From Halorutilales archaeon Cl-col2-1 (GTDB lineage Archaea > Halobacteriota > Halobacteria > Halobacteriales > Afararchaeaceae): DNA of 64,000 bases. A program made the position numbers and the translations under genes. The notes under the pieces are model-generated. The model made no database searches. It worked only from the letters and a program-made list of their open reading frames with translations, and had not been told where the DNA came from. The stretch is from assembly GCA_041891055.1 (NCBI GenBank), contig CP169074.1, forward strand, positions 320,001 to 384,000. Reading direction: 5' to 3'. Shown here one piece after another: positions 42,605 through 52,484 of the stretch; the first letter of the stretch is position 1; the number at the start of each line of letters is the position of its first letter.

Positions 42605-42781
42605 TACTGTTTGTTCGGTCATAAGGAGTGAGGTAAAAACACCAGACAGCGTAGAGTTCGTCGCTAAAATCCGCATTTCTGAGAGGAGAGTTCAATTACA
42701 TCGTAATTGCGGGTCTACGCTGTCTTGCGATGACGAGGAGGGAATATTCTTACCAGTAGTATTTCAAGGAGGTGAGTCGTC

Positions 42782-43070
42782 TTGAGCGAGGACTCACAGA
42801 CCCAGAAAATCTACTGCGAAGACTGCAGCCTACATATCGACGCCGAGATCTGGGAGACCCACCTCAGAAACAGACACCCCAGAGAATACGATCCCGCCAC
42901 GTTCGGAAATCTCTAATTTCCGAGCCATCAAAATCATAGATTTTGAGACGTTCGACCTCAACGACTACCTAGACGTCGACGATAGTAGCGGAGGCGGCAA
43001 AGAAAGTGTCGACAAGTCACGCGTCCTCGAACCTTTGAGACGGCGGTCGAGTACTACCACGACCAACTCG
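42782..43070 (+). pseudogene. Small C2H2-zinc-finger ORF truncated by a twin-hairpin insertion
   Basis: AGGAGGTGA ribosome-binding site then TTG. YCEDCSLHIDAEIWETHLRNRH. The current stop (42914-42916) lies inside the insertion; removing it restores ...PATFDLNDYLDVDD. Confidence 0.6.
42899..42954. repeat. 49-nt twin-hairpin insertion with ACGTTCG direct repeats
   Basis: ACGTTCG at 42899-42905 and 42948-42954 flank CGGAAATC-TCT-AATTTCCG and TCAAAATC-ATA-GATTTTGA, with a GAGCCA-type linker. Confidence 0.88.
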
Positions 43071-43165
43071 ACACATAACTCCCCCGGGGGTGAGATGTCC
43101 CTACCGTAATTGATCTCGGTACGACGCATATCTGAGCTAACCAACATTTCTTACTCTGATTTCGC

Positions 43166-44260
43166 TCAAGGCTTCCGTAGATAGACAGACACTACTGTTC
43201 CTTCAGGTTCCTGAGTTCGGAACTCGACCTCTCCCTCGGACTTGGATACTATCCATTTCACGATCCAAAGACCTACTCCACTCATATGCCTGAGGGGTGT
43301 CTCTTCCTCCTGATTTAGAACCTCCGTAGTGGTCTCTGGAATACCGGATCCGTTATCCTTCACCTGTATCTCTACTTGGTCGTCAACAGTGTCGAGTTCC
43401 ACGTCAACACGAGGGGACGGTTTATCGTTGTGCTCGATAGCGTTTTCTATCAGGTTCTCAAACGCGAAGTCTATCAAGGGAACTGCAAGGACTTCCTCAG
43501 AATCGGGTAACGTAGTTTGGATCTCAGCTTCCGGATAGTCCTGACTCATCTCCTCAACACAGTCCTGAATTACATCAACTATCTCGATAACGTCTCTCTC
43601 AGATTCGTCTTCGCGGAATATCTCCTCTCCAACACGTATCTTTTCACTAATTCTTAGAAGACTCTCCATCTTCTCCTGTATATCTCCTATGTGTTCGGTG
43701 CCTGAGGGGCAGGTTTCCTCTAGAAGTGCGGCTCTTCCCTTAACCACAGTCGCAGTATTCCTGAGATTGTGGCGGAGAATACGGTTTAGAACTGAGAGCT
43801 GTTGGTTTAGATTTTTAACATGCGACTTTTCTTCCCTCAGATTGTCAGACGCCATCTTACTCCGACTCTCATAGATACCTGTTATCATACCCACAACTGC
43901 TCCCCCTGTCATTGGGTTTACAACCATAGGAACCTGGTGCGCCATTACTACACTATGTACCTCTTGATGTAAAATAGTCAGAACCGACTCGAACCCGAAT
44001 ATCATTGAGATTATTAGAGACCACTCCGCGACACGTAACGTGTAACCGGGCGTTAGGTCACTCAGCATGATCCAGACTCCGCTCATAAGGAGAATTACTG
44101 ACAGAACTGAGGGGGCTAGTATCCCCGAGAAGAAGCTCAACATCGGTTTCTCAGCCTGAGAGAAATGGTATACTTGAAAGGCCAAGTATAGGATTCCTTG
44201 ACCAAGGATGACTGATAAGCCGGCAATGGATTTCAGGTCATCTGAGAAACGAAGATTCAT
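43166..44260 (-). CDS. Membrane sensor histidine kinase
   Basis: About four N-terminal TM helices, LRHNLRN, NLIENAIEH, DNGSGIP, GVGLWIV; start MNLRF. Confidence 0.88.
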   Translation of the reverse strand: MNLRFSDDLKSIAGLSVILGQGILYLAFQVYHFSQAEKPMLSFFSGILAPSVLSVILLMSGVWIMLSDLTPGYTLRVAEWSLIISMIFGFESVLTILHQEVHSVVMAHQVPMVVNPMTGGAVVGMITGIYESRSKMASDNLREEKSHVKNLNQQLSVLNRILRHNLRNTATVVKGRAALLEETCPSGTEHIGDIQEKMESLLRISEKIRVGEEIFREDESERDVIEIVDVIQDCVEEMSQDYPEAEIQTTLPDSEEVLAVPLIDFAFENLIENAIEHNDKPSPRVDVELDTVDDQVEIQVKDNGSGIPETTTEVLNQEEETPLRHMSGVGLWIVKWIVSKSEGEVEFRTQEPEGTVVSVYLRKP

Positions 44261-44719
44261 CCCCTGATGTGTCTTTTCCCCCTGGGCTAATAAATCAGGG
44301 GGAGATAGTATACTATACCTATATTGACAGCTCTCCTCACAACTCAAGGAATTTGTGAATCATAAACTACTTCGCTCGTCCTGAGGACTCGCTCCAAGGA
44401 GAGTTCAGAAATCTTTGATGGATGTGTCCTTGAAAATGCTCCGCGTCTCGTCATGCCCTGTAAACCGAAGATTTGCATATGAACCCGTCAGGTCGAGCGA
44501 GTAGGAGGAGTTCACCTATTCTCTGGTGAATCTGTCCATCGATTTTCGATAGGGGTTCCGAAATAAACATGAGCGTAGCTGGAATATGAGTATTCATTAC
44601 TTAGACGAGCGTTTTTCTCAAGTATGAAAACGCTGTGACCAGTACTATTTTGGTCACAGTATGTATATCAAATATATGATGATAGCAGTAACTTCTATAG
44701 ACGTCCGGGAGGAGACAAA

Positions 44720-45586
44720 ATGAGCTATGAGGAGTGGACGGAGAACCAGTCATCGACGACTCTAACTGTAGATGATCACGACCTCGAAGTCGCCTACTAT
44801 GAGAACGGCGAAAGTAATGGCGAGTCAACACCTGTCGTTTTCCTCCACGGTATTCCAACATGGTCATATCTATGGCGGGAAGTAGCTCCTGAACTTGCTA
44901 CCAAGCGCCATGTAGTGGCACCGGATCTTCTCGGCTATGGAAACTCCGCAAAGCATGATGGCTTCGACAGATCGATACGTGCCCAAGAAGAAATGGTCGA
45001 TAAGCTCCTCGATCACCTCGGTATCGACGAGGTTTCATTCGTTGCACATGATATCGGAGGTGGTACTGCTCTCCGGTATGCTGTCCACAACCCCGATATG
45101 GTCGAAAGCCTTGTGCTCTCGAATTCGGCGTGTTATGACTCGTGGCCTGTCGAGTTCATCCATAGTCTCGCACTGCCCAGTATGGTAGATGAACTCTCCG
45201 ACGACGAGGTTCTAGAAGATAAGATGTCCTTCGTGTTCGACGAGGGTCTTTACGACGACGATACTGAAAGCCACTCGGAGTTCTGTGAAGGAATGCGAGC
45301 ACCCTGGCAGTCAGAAGAAGGAAGGCTTTCTCTAGTCCGGAATGCTTCTTCGACAAATACCAACCATACCACTGAACTCGACTACAGTAAACTAAAGGCT
45401 AACATTCTCCTACTGTGGGGGGAAGACGATATCCTACAGTCAGTCAACTATGCCAAACGTCTCCAGTCCGACGTGAGTGGTGACGTGAAGCTCGTAACCT
45501 TGGAAGATTCCTATCACTGGGTTGTCGAGGATCGTCCCGATGCCTATCGAAACGAGGTCATGAAGTTCTTCGAAAATAGCTCGTAA
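44720..45586 (+). CDS. Alpha/beta-fold hydrolase (epoxide hydrolase/dehalogenase-like)
   Basis: FLHGIPTWSYLW, APDLLGYG, nucleophile elbow AHDIGGG, LWGEDD, catalytic His in YHWV. Confidence 0.9.
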   Translation: MSYEEWTENQSSTTLTVDDHDLEVAYYENGESNGESTPVVFLHGIPTWSYLWREVAPELATKRHVVAPDLLGYGNSAKHDGFDRSIRAQEEMVDKLLDHLGIDEVSFVAHDIGGGTALRYAVHNPDMVESLVLSNSACYDSWPVEFIHSLALPSMVDELSDDEVLEDKMSFVFDEGLYDDDTESHSEFCEGMRAPWQSEEGRLSLVRNASSTNTNHTTELDYSKLKANILLLWGEDDILQSVNYAKRLQSDVSGDVKLVTLEDSYHWVVEDRPDAYRNEVMKFFENSS

Positions 45587-45682
45587 TCTCGTTAAGCCAT
45601 CAGTAGTGAACACTCTCCCCATCTCAAATAGACGGCTTAGAAAACCCTGTATACATTCTCGTTGCCATTAGAATCTGTCTCT

Positions 45683-45702
45683 GTATGGCGATTCACCAAA
45701 AC
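45683..45702 (+). mobile_element. Isolated IS5-family right-end sequence
   Basis: GTATGGCGATTCACCAA is a 17-nt exact inverted match to the IS5 remnant end at 48606-48622. Confidence 0.65.
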
Positions 45703-45763
45703 TATTTAGGAGAGTGTATCAATAGATTAAATAGATATAAACCCATTATATACATAGAATAGA

Positions 45764-48385
45764 GTGTTCGACGTTATTATCCACTCGCTTGAGCATAGTT
45801 ATATTCTTATTTTTGGACTAGCCGCCGTTGTTTGTATTGGGGGAGTGATGGGTGTTCAAACATTTGACCACCCGGACATACGTCGCAGCCTTAGTGGGCT
45901 ACTCCTCCTCAACGGCGTCTGGTCACTCGCAACTGCGTTTCAGCTTTTCGTGACGACCTACGCGATGAAAAGTTTCCTTCATATTGTTGGACTCATTGCG
46001 GGAATCTCGACTGTCTTTGCTTGGCTCTCATTTGCCTCGGCTTACTCAGGTCGTCATTACCACCGAAAGCGTTCTCTTCAGGTAGTCAGTCTGGTATTTC
46101 TAGGCTTTATTTGTCTCCTGAAGCTGACAAATCCGCTCCACGGCTTGTACTTCAGTACGTCAGCTGCTACTGAACCATTCAGTTACCTGAAGATAAATTA
46201 TGGCCCAATACACTGGTTTGTAACCGGATTCGCCTACACAGCGTCAGCAGTTGGGTTTCTCTGGCTATTTGAGTCGTTCGAACGGAGTCTATCCAAGGAT
46301 AAATCGAGACCGACTACTCTCTACGCCCTCGTACTCGTGACTGGGCTTCCAGTAATCCCTTATGTTCTTTCGACATACTCAAATCTACTTCTCAGAATAA
46401 ATTATGAGCCACTCGGGGTCGCTATCTTCGCAGTCGGGGTTGTCTTCTACGCACGTTCGGAGTTTGTGAACCATAGTTCACCCGAGAAGGCCGCTCTCGC
46501 CAAGAACTTCTCGGAGGCGGGTCTAGTTCTCGACAAGTTCGGGGTAGTTATCAATTATAATGACCGAGCAGCCAGAGTTCTGAACACCCCGGGGATACCC
46601 CGTGAACCCTTAGAGGAGATCGACACAGAACTTGCTTCACTTGCGGCTGGGGAGACTAGACACATCAACTACGAGGTTGAAGGGAGAGAACGTGTCTACG
46701 AAGCCCGGCGTTCCCAAGTCACAGAGAGCCTCATCGCTGACGAAGTCATCATTCTGAAAGACATAACGAGGGCGACTCGTCTTGAACAGCTAGTCCGGTT
46801 CTACCAAGATATTAACGAAGCTCTCATCGAGGTGACTGATCCCTGGGATATAATACAGGATATCCCTGAGAGGTTTGCTCAGATTGATGTGTATGATCTT
46901 GTCTGGCTGTATCCGGTTCCTACTGAGGATCAGATCCAACCAGCTACAAGTAACATTGTAAGCAACCAAGAATTAATTAGCGGGGAGGGTACTGTACCTG
47001 GGCTCGTCGCGGGAAAGGCGGACGAGTACGCTACGTGGGCATCTTCGAATGCGGGATTAGAAGAGCCCGTAACTGCCGCAGCACGTCAGAAGCAGAAACA
47101 ACACGTTGCTGTCAGCTCCGATGAGTCTAACACCGAATCTGAATGGAGGCACAGAGCGGGCGAGTATGGTATAACTGACACTTTCGCGGTTCCGATGACC
47201 TTCAGTAATCAGCAGACGTATATCCTCGGGGTATTCAGTACCGCACCCGACGGATTTGACTCAGCTGAAAGAAGGGTGATTGAAGAGATAAGTAAGGGAA
47301 TACCTCAAGCTATCGAGTCGATAGAGACCCACAAGGAGGCGTTACAGTACAAGGAAGCAATCAGACAAGCGGGAGCAGCAATCAGTATAACGGACAATGA
47401 CGGAGTGATCCGGTATGTGAACCCCGCATTCGAGGATCTCACAGGTTATTCAGAGGAGGAAGCAGTTGGTTCCACTCACCAAATTCTAAAATCGGGCGAG
47501 ATGGATGAGGAGCATTACGAGAGCCTGTGGAACACGGTTCTGTCAGGAGATATATTTGAGGAACAGATCATCAATAAAACGAAAGACGGAGACAGGTACA
47601 TCGCCCGACAAACTATATCACCAGTTACTGACGAGGATGGCGATCCAGAGGCGTTCGTGGCTATTCAGCTTGATATCACCGACAAGATTTTGCGCGAACA
47701 ACGTCTCTCTGTACTCAACAGAGTACTGCGCCACAATCTTCGGACAGCCGTCAACGTTATCACCGGAAACACAACGCTACTCAAAGAACGGGTTCAAGAT
47801 GTCATCGGATCGGAAGAACTCCCTCCTGAGATCGAGAGTTCTGTCGAAACCATCCGGAGTAAGGCTGAAGAGATGTCTGATCATGCAGAGACAGCTCGCG
47901 AGATAGAGGAGAAGATCTCGAAGAGTCAGACGGATCAGGTTCGAGTACCTATTGAAAAAGTAGCTCAGAAAGCGGAGAAGGCTGCGGAGTCATTCGATGC
48001 GAATCACTCGGTTGAAGTTAGTGATAATATAGACGAGTATCAAGTCGATGTTGAGACAGTACAAATAATTGAGGAGCTGGTCGAAAACGCGGTGGTTCAC
48101 AATGATAGACCCCTATCCGAGATCAAAGTTGAGATCGAGCTTTCGAGAGCCGACAACGATCTAGTTCTCACTGTCAAGGACAACGGTCCGGGGCTTTCCG
48201 ACCAAGAGCTCGTAGTCGTGGAGGAAGGTACTGAAGAATCTCTTCAGCACAGCAGTGGCTTAGGTCTGTGGATGGTCAACTGGCTAGCGATATCTCTTGG
48301 CGGATCGATTAGTGCTACTACGAGCGGAGACGGAACTACAGTTAGGGTAGTAATTCCTCTTCGAGGGGAGTCAACTCCCTCGTAG
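45764..48385 (+). CDS. Histidine kinase with N-terminal 7TM domain, GAF-like and PAS domains
   Basis: 7TM region (TNPLHGLYF), PAS (YVNPAFEDLTGYS), LRHNLRT, ELVENAVVH, DNGPG, GLGLWMV. Confidence 0.9.
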   Translation: MFDVIIHSLEHSYILIFGLAAVVCIGGVMGVQTFDHPDIRRSLSGLLLLNGVWSLATAFQLFVTTYAMKSFLHIVGLIAGISTVFAWLSFASAYSGRHYHRKRSLQVVSLVFLGFICLLKLTNPLHGLYFSTSAATEPFSYLKINYGPIHWFVTGFAYTASAVGFLWLFESFERSLSKDKSRPTTLYALVLVTGLPVIPYVLSTYSNLLLRINYEPLGVAIFAVGVVFYARSEFVNHSSPEKAALAKNFSEAGLVLDKFGVVINYNDRAARVLNTPGIPREPLEEIDTELASLAAGETRHINYEVEGRERVYEARRSQVTESLIADEVIILKDITRATRLEQLVRFYQDINEALIEVTDPWDIIQDIPERFAQIDVYDLVWLYPVPTEDQIQPATSNIVSNQELISGEGTVPGLVAGKADEYATWASSNAGLEEPVTAAARQKQKQHVAVSSDESNTESEWRHRAGEYGITDTFAVPMTFSNQQTYILGVFSTAPDGFDSAERRVIEEISKGIPQAIESIETHKEALQYKEAIRQAGAAISITDNDGVIRYVNPAFEDLTGYSEEEAVGSTHQILKSGEMDEEHYESLWNTVLSGDIFEEQIINKTKDGDRYIARQTISPVTDEDGDPEAFVAIQLDITDKILREQRLSVLNRVLRHNLRTAVNVITGNTTLLKERVQDVIGSEELPPEIESSVETIRSKAEEMSDHAETAREIEEKISKSQTDQVRVPIEKVAQKAEKAAESFDANHSVEVSDNIDEYQVDVETVQIIEELVENAVVHNDRPLSEIKVEIELSRADNDLVLTVKDNGPGLSDQELVVVEEGTEESLQHSSGLGLWMVNWLAISLGGSISATTSGDGTTVRVVIPLRGESTPS

Positions 48386-48601
48386 AAATCGATTCATAGA
48401 AAAGCACGGGAAGTAGGGCAGGGTGCTAAAAATAGTCGAACTTGATAACGTTATCTTCCAAATGCTGATAGAGTTAAAGTTACTATACTCTCAATCCGGT
48501 CTCAACACCGAGTTGAGATATCTCCTTCCCATGGAATACCTCAGGTATACGCAAGTCTACACAAGCTAACTAACATTTCTGAGGGTTTCATAGAACTGTT
48601 C

Positions 48602-49259
48602 GGCGTTGGTGAATCGCCATACGAAGCTTGATTTACTGTTTTACGGCATGTTTGATGTTGTAGACAGAGCAGATCAGGATGAGTTCACGAAACTCTCTGT
48701 ACCAGGCACGCTCACGCACGGCTTCACGAAGCACAGCTTCGTTAGCTGAAAATCTTCGATTTTAAGCTGTGCCGAGCGTGCGCTTGATGTTTGAGAAGAC
48801 GGTTTCAGACATGGATCTTTGACCATAGAGAGACCCATCGATTCTGGTGTCGCAAATCTGAGATTTGCGTACATCCAAAAATCAGAGATTTTTGAATACG
48901 TTATGCGCCTGATCGATGGGTCGGAACTCACGGTGTTTGGTGAGTGGTGCTTATCCGTAGACAGTGGAGAGAAACGATGGCGTAATCCGCGAAGCCGCCA
49001 CCCTGCTCTGGGGTGGCGGCTTCGCTCCGACCACCGACATCATGAACTCCGTTCATGAGCCTCAAAGCTCCGCTTTGAGACAGCGTTTTTAGCTAATGTC
49101 ACGACTCTATCAGTGATGTGTTGTGAATCTTTGATTCACATACGTTGGAACGCAAGCGTTCCAAAACGGGAGATTTTGGATATGTCATCGAAAACTTCCC
49201 GCTTCATCTCCTTTGCATTAGTGGCTTAATCCAACGCAGTCTAGTGATTCACCAAAACC
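48602..49259 (-). mobile_element. Degenerate IS5-family (ISH1-like) element with central deletion and four hairpin insertions
   Basis: IRs GGCGTTGGTGAATC and GATTCACCAAAACC. After removing the insertions the minus strand reads SKISRF-TDRVVTLAKNAV-GGRSEAATPEQGGGFADYAIVSLHCLRI [deletion] PLTKHREFRPIDQAHNA-RIDGSLYGQRSMSETVFSNIKRTLGTA-VRERAWYREFRELILICSVYNIKHAVKQ*. Confidence 0.88.
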
Positions 49260-49304
49260 AATTGAGGAAAGTAAGATTGGTCTAGAAGATCAAAACTGGA
49301 AGGA

Positions 49305-50234
49305 TTAGGATGACGAAGAAGAGACGTTTTCGATCTCTAACTCACCTTCCATTCCGTTCTTCTCTATCTCGATCTCAAACTCCTCTTCAGGTACCTGAAC
49401 AGTGATTCTCCCGGTTTCGTTCGTTCTACCAACATCTTCGTCGTTCACACTCACGCTAGTGTTTGTAACAGCCGAGCCGTTTACTGTAGCTGTGACTGTC
49501 ACATTTTCGCCAGCCGTGACATTTCCTTCAACATTAATATTGACTCTCTGTTGACTGTCTCCATCCTCGTCGTCTTTGTCGTCTTTGTCGCCTTCATCCC
49601 TCACTCCGCGTTCGTCTTCTTCTTCATCTTCCTCATGTTCATCATCTTCTCTATCTACCTGATTCATGGGGACATCAGTACCTGACTCACTGACTACTGG
49701 TTTGAGTATGTACTTGCCGCTCTTTCCAGCTTTGTGTACTGAGATATCGAACACGAAGTCAATGGACTCGTTGTTGCCTACTGTGAAGTTCTTGTTGACG
49801 TGTAGCTTTTCGCTCGGGAGCTTGACGTTGACCTGTTCTCCATTGTCAAGTGTGGCGTTAATCTCATCAACGTACACGAATACCTTACTGTAGGTGCCGT
49901 TGGGGACGTCGTACTCGTCGATCATGGTTGCGTTCTCCCCCTTTAGCTTGGTCAGGTCGACAGTCACATTGTCGACCTCGTGAGTCTCCCAGTTAGACTG
50001 ATTCGACGACTCGTTTACGTTTACGCGATTAAATCCGACTTCAGTAACTGTGACATTTAGGTGCTCGAAGTCGTCAATTGCGTTCGGCTGATCACTTATG
50101 TATAAGTTGACTGTGCCAAGATTGGTGTCTTCTCCGTCATCTGTTCCAGCATCTCCTCCATTCATGCCGCCGGTACAGCCGGCGAGCGCTACTAAGCCTA
50201 CGACCGCTACTATACCGAGTGTTTTCGTTCTCAT
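49305..50234 (-). CDS. DUF4382-like lipoprotein
   Basis: LAGC lipobox, YISDQPNAIDDFEHLNVTV, VDLTKL, VKLPSEKL, FVFDISV..GKYILKP; acidic linker and extra C-terminal domain. Confidence 0.8.
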   Translation of the reverse strand: MRTKTLGIVAVVGLVALAGCTGGMNGGDAGTDDGEDTNLGTVNLYISDQPNAIDDFEHLNVTVTEVGFNRVNVNESSNQSNWETHEVDNVTVDLTKLKGENATMIDEYDVPNGTYSKVFVYVDEINATLDNGEQVNVKLPSEKLHVNKNFTVGNNESIDFVFDISVHKAGKSGKYILKPVVSESGTDVPMNQVDREDDEHEEDEEEDERGVRDEGDKDDKDDEDGDSQQRVNINVEGNVTAGENVTVTATVNGSAVTNTSVSVNDEDVGRTNETGRITVQVPEEEFEIEIEKNGMEGELEIENVSSSSS

Positions 50235-50470
50235 TTTCTATTGCTCCGGTTCCTCCTTAGTACCCGTGTGTACTTTAGTACCCGTAGAAGTCCGACTAAA
50301 TCCAACTGTCTGTGATTAGTTTTCAGTAGTTTTCACTCGTTTTTATCGTCCGGGAAACGTACAAACGACTGAAAAAGACTGCAAGAGGGTCAAAAAGAAA
50401 CAGAAAGGCGTGAAAACCACTCGGAGTTTCTTCTGCTTTTATTGCCGGTGGGGGTGTACATAGGACTACG

Positions 50471-51223
50471 ATGAAACAGAAAATAATAGCGACCTCGGCT
50501 TTAGTCATACTCCTCATGTCCGTAATGACACTCCCGGCGGTGTCCGCGCAGGAAAACAGTACTGACTCAGAAGTAAGGGAAAACTCAGGACTTTCGTTAG
50601 GACATCAGATCCAGGTAGTCGTCGAGTCACAGAGAAGTAAGGTCGTCGGAGACATCGAAAGAGAGGTGTTCAAACACTCGGTTGAGAACGCGAGCAATAA
50701 GTCCAGAGTAGTCAACCAAAAGGTCGAAGAAATACATAAGAGAACCACGGAAGCAGAACACGAACGCCAGAGACTTCTGGAACAGCTCCACAACGGATCT
50801 ATACAGCCACAGGAGTTCGCCGTCAAGATGTCAGATATAAATAATCAGATATCAGTGGCAGCGAGGGATATGAGAAAAGTGAACGAGACTATACAGAAGA
50901 AGGATATCAACAACGTAAGCCGAGAAGAGATGAATAGTTTCGAGAACAAAACACCGGTGAGTCCCGGGGTTCTTAGAACTGCGAACCAGGCACTTGATCT
51001 TGCACTAAATGCCGTTAACATGAGTGGTCAAGAGATTGCCCAAAAGGCAAGAAATATAGGGGGACAGAACGCTCCGGAAGATCTCATAACTGACAACTCG
51101 GGTAAGCCTAATAATGTATCCAGAGGAGTTCCTTCTGATGAAAAGCAGCCTAGTAAAGTTCAGGATCAGACCCAGGGAATGAGTGAGGCGGGTGAACTAC
51201 CCAGAGGTCAAGTTAAGCGATAG
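50471..51223 (+). CDS. Secreted hypothetical protein (helical)
   Basis: Signal peptide MKQKII...PAVSA; divergent from the DUF4382-like gene. Confidence 0.7.
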   Translation: MKQKIIATSALVILLMSVMTLPAVSAQENSTDSEVRENSGLSLGHQIQVVVESQRSKVVGDIEREVFKHSVENASNKSRVVNQKVEEIHKRTTEAEHERQRLLEQLHNGSIQPQEFAVKMSDINNQISVAARDMRKVNETIQKKDINNVSREEMNSFENKTPVSPGVLRTANQALDLALNAVNMSGQEIAQKARNIGGQNAPEDLITDNSGKPNNVSRGVPSDEKQPSKVQDQTQGMSEAGELPRGQVKR

Positions 51224-51369
51224 GTCTCTGGTGGCACTCTGCGACCATTTGCCGTTGTTTTTCCAGTTCGAAGAACGATGTTTTTTCTGGAAGAGTTTCC
51301 GTTGCTCCCGTTCAACTTGCAGTAGCGCGGAGTCCCCCTTGAGGGAGAAGGCTTAGCGCCTGCTATCAG

Positions 51370-52011
51370 CTAAACGAACTTTATTCCGAGATCCTTGAGA
51401 CCGTTCTTTATGCCTATATTTATAAGGAGGGGTGTTACGCTCTCTATCTGTGCGGCGTTTCCGAGGCTTCCGGCGTCGAGTGCGTTGACGCCTTCCACCG
51501 ACTCGACGACCTCGACTGCGGTCTGTTTCGCGTCTGCCTCCCCGAAGACGGCTATGTCGACTCCGAGTTCGGCGTCAGGGTCGGCGAGACGTCCCGCGGC
51601 TATGTTGTGGAAAGCACCCGCGACGCCGACCGAGTCAGGAAGACCGTCACGCACGATCTGTGCCGCGCTTCCCTCTTCGGGTCTGTCGTACTTGAAGCCG
51701 TCCTCGTCACGTTTCATGCTCGTGACGGGGGATATGACTGTCTTTTCTTCGTCTGCGACCTCGGCGACCTGATCCACGACGTCAGGGAGGGAGCCGAAAG
51801 GAACCGCGAGGACGACGACCTCGGCTTTAGCTGCGTCGGCGTTCGATCCGCTCTTGACTTCGACTCCCGTCCTCTCGGAGTACTCGTCGGCGGCTTCTGA
51901 TGCTCTGTCCTCATCCCTGCTTCCGACTACGACTTCGTGCCCAGCCTGAGCGAGACGCACTGAGAGACCGCCTCCGAAGTCACCCGTGCCTCCTATTATT
52001 CCTATTCTCAT
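51370..52011 (-). CDS. npdG: NADPH-dependent F420 reductase
   Basis: IIGGTGDFGGGL, VGSR, VLAVP, GSAA, AFHNIAA, IESVTPLLINI. Confidence 0.88.
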   Translation of the reverse strand: MRIGIIGGTGDFGGGLSVRLAQAGHEVVVGSRDEDRASEAADEYSERTGVEVKSGSNADAAKAEVVVLAVPFGSLPDVVDQVAEVADEEKTVISPVTSMKRDEDGFKYDRPEEGSAAQIVRDGLPDSVGVAGAFHNIAAGRLADPDAELGVDIAVFGEADAKQTAVEVVESVEGVNALDAGSLGNAAQIESVTPLLINIGIKNGLKDLGIKFV

Positions 52012-52120
52012 ACTTACTTAGTATGACGCCGTGGGAGTCGTTATAGATTGCGTTATACAGACGCAAGGCGGAGTCAAAGCACAATTCTTATACTTGTACC
52101 GCGATACTGTTAGAATGCGC

Positions 52121-52192
<72 letters not shown>

Positions 52193-52195
<3 letters not shown>

Positions 52196-52388
52196 AATTT
52201 CTCTGAAATTTGCACGGAACAGAATTGTAGATTCTGTGACGTTCGCTAATCTCTGATTAGCGTGCAAGCAAATCTTCGATTTGCGAACGTATGCAAATCA
52301 AAGATTTGCGAGCCTGCGAGATCAGAGATCTCGGAACGTTCGGAAATCTTCGATTTCCGAGCCAGCGAGAACGGAGTTCTCGGAACGG
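52193..52388. repeat. Array of eight triloop hairpins, 23-25 nt period
   Basis: Loop centres at ~52203, 52228, 52253, 52276, 52301, 52325, 52350 and 52374; stems differ and linkers alternate. Confidence 0.92.
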
Positions 52389-52484
52389 GAGAAAAACTCG
52401 TTCCCTCCTTGTGGGATTTTTCTATTTCTTCAGAGTCTTCCACTTTCGACGTATTTATCCAGGAACTGTGGTTACTTCCAATAG

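Noticed and set aside
44400-44480. Partial hairpin-like strings CAGAAATC-TTT-GAT and TAAACCGAAGATTTGC
   Set aside because: Possibly eroded family members, but the stems are too incomplete to count.
48989-49025. Long GC-rich hairpin GCGAAGCCGCCACCC...GGGTGGCGGCTTCGC as another inserted unit
   Set aside because: It encodes the native transposase segment SEAATPEQGGGFA and lacks the triloop consensus.
42605-51350. Intact provirus or integrative element at tRNA-Ala
   Set aside because: No integrase, capsid or replication gene and no attR copy of the tRNA 3' end seen.
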